From Candidatus Krumholzibacteriia bacterium (GTDB taxonomy: Bacteria; Krumholzibacteriota; Krumholzibacteriia; LZORAL124-64-63): 36,040 nt of DNA. The stretch's first letter is position 1; every line of letters begins with the position of its first letter. Shown piece after piece: positions 34,859 through 36,040 of the stretch. The DNA is taken from the NCBI GenBank assembly GCA_036351155.1, contig JAZBOO010000323.1:1-36040 (forward strand), in the 5' to 3' direction. The position numbers were made by a program, and so were the translations under genes. Under the pieces are notes generated by a model, which made no database searches, was not told the DNA's origin, and saw only the letters and a program-made list of their open reading frames with translations.

Positions 34859-36040
34859 TCAGAACTCGTCGTCGTCCCGGTCCAGGGTCTGGAAATCCTT
34901 GTCCACGCCCTTGAAGTCATGGAGCTGCCCGCCGTGCAGGTCACACACCTGCTGAGGGAAATTGTTGGGCAGGTAGACTTCCACTGCCGTGCTGTCACAG
35001 CCGCTGGTGGCCAGCATGCCCGACTCCAGGCAAACGGTGGCCTCCAGGATTCCCGGCGGTCTGATGAAGGGCTCCTCGCCCTTCTGATCGGTGATCTTGC
35101 TCATGAACCCCGTCCACACCGGCAAGGCCATGCGCGATCCCGTGGCTCCCTTGCCCATGGGCAAGGCCCGGTCAAAGCCCACCCAAACCCCTCCGCAGAA
35201 ACTGGGCGTGAAGCCGCAAAACCAGGCGTTGGTGCTCTCGTTGGTGGTCCCTGTCTTGCCGGCACCCGTCTTGGTGAAGCCTCGCCACCCGGCACTCCGG
35301 GCCGTGCCTTCCTTGATGGTCGTCTGCAGCAGGTTGCACATCATGTAGGCTTCGGCGGGATCCAGTGCCTCGCGTTGCTGGATCCGAACCTCGTAAAGGA
35401 CTTCCCCCTCCATGCTTTCCACCCGGGTGATCAGGTGCTGGGTGACGTACACCCCGTGGTTGGCGAAGGTGCTGTAGGCGGCGACCACTTCCCGCAAGGT
35501 GACCTCGCCAGCTCCCAGGAAGAGCGCCGGCACCCGGGGCAGGGGAGTGGTGAAGCCCAGCTTCTCCACGTTCTCCAGAACCGGGGCCAGGCCGAAGTCC
35601 AGGTACAGCTTGGCCGTCGGGGTGTTGACCGAACGACTCAGGGCAAAGCGGACGTTCATGGGGCCCCGGAAACGGCCACTGAAATTCTTGGGTCGCCAAA
35701 GACTGGTCCCCGTGTCCAGGACAAAGGGCGTGTCCATCAGGATGGTGCTGGGTGTGTAACCCTGCTGCAGGGCCGTCAGGTAGATGAAGGGTTTGAAAAT
35801 GGATCCGGGCTGGCGGCTGGCCTGGGTGGCCATGTTCCACTGATAGTCCTCGAAGGATCGTCCCCCCACCATGCCCAGGATGGCCCCGGTCCGCACATCC
35901 TGGAGCAAGCCGCTGCCTTGCAGGTAATCAAGGGTTTCCGGTCGTTCGCCCACGGCGGTCAATGAATCGTACCGCGCTCGGGTCATGGGGTACTTTCGGG
36001 CCTCTTCCTCGGCCTTGAGGTGTGTTTCCAGGGCCTCTTC
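34859..36040 (-). CDS. Class A penicillin-binding protein (PBP1A family), transpeptidase half; 5' end beyond the window
   Basis: RQPGSIFKP (SxxK), SVN (SxN), GKTGTTN, AWFCGFTP; C-terminal Cys/His motif VCLESG...C...CDLH; frame open to 36040. Confidence 0.93.
   Translation of the reverse strand, partial: EEALETHLKAEEEARKYPMTRARYDSLTAVGERPETLDYLQGSGLLQDVRTGAILGMVGGRSFEDYQWNMATQASRQPGSIFKPFIYLTALQQGYTPSTILMDTPFVLDTGTSLWRPKNFSGRFRGPMNVRFALSRSVNTPTAKLYLDFGLAPVLENVEKLGFTTPLPRVPALFLGAGEVTLREVVAAYSTFANHGVYVTQHLITRVESMEGEVLYEVRIQQREALDPAEAYMMCNLLQTTIKEGTARSAGWRGFTKTGAGKTGTTNESTNAWFCGFTPSFCGGVWVGFDRALPMGKGATGSRMALPVWTGFMSKITDQKGEEPFIRPPGILEATVCLESGMLATSGCDSTAVEVYLPNNFPQQVCDLHGGQLHDFKGVDKDFQTLDRDDDEF

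Overview
GC-rich bacterial chromosome segment with no mobile element, CRISPR array, rRNA or tRNA detected. A secreted protein with a PNP...YDLRGR...WDG C-terminal FlgD-Ig/T9SS-like tail suggests an FCB-group or related candidate-phylum organism (inference). The left half (1-16056, + strand) is housekeeping: EF-G paralogue (partial), yebC-ruvCAB-queA-tgt-yajC-def-fmt-rsmB-PASTA protein-rpe, then ffh-rpsP-khpA-rimM-trmD-rplS-rnhB-yraN. The right half holds a 1200-aa secreted S8 peptidase, a 2059-aa orphan ORF, tryptophanase, a hypothetical protein, a lipoprotein, rarA-pfkA (minus), a deoB-cdd fusion followed by pdp, and a partial class A PBP (minus). Main observations: (1) by manual motif reading, the 2059-aa protein appears to be a chain of catalytically degenerate DNA-processing modules (TPR-like, DnaQ exonuclease, DinG, RecQ, UvrD), probably made from a leaderless mRNA; (2) rnhB is interrupted by one in-frame TGA followed by a long hairpin; (3) phosphopentomutase and cytidine deaminase are fused in one ORF that keeps an internal RBS; (4) structured leaders precede ffh, rpsP, rplS and the protease. 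All family assignments come from remembered motifs; no database search was run.
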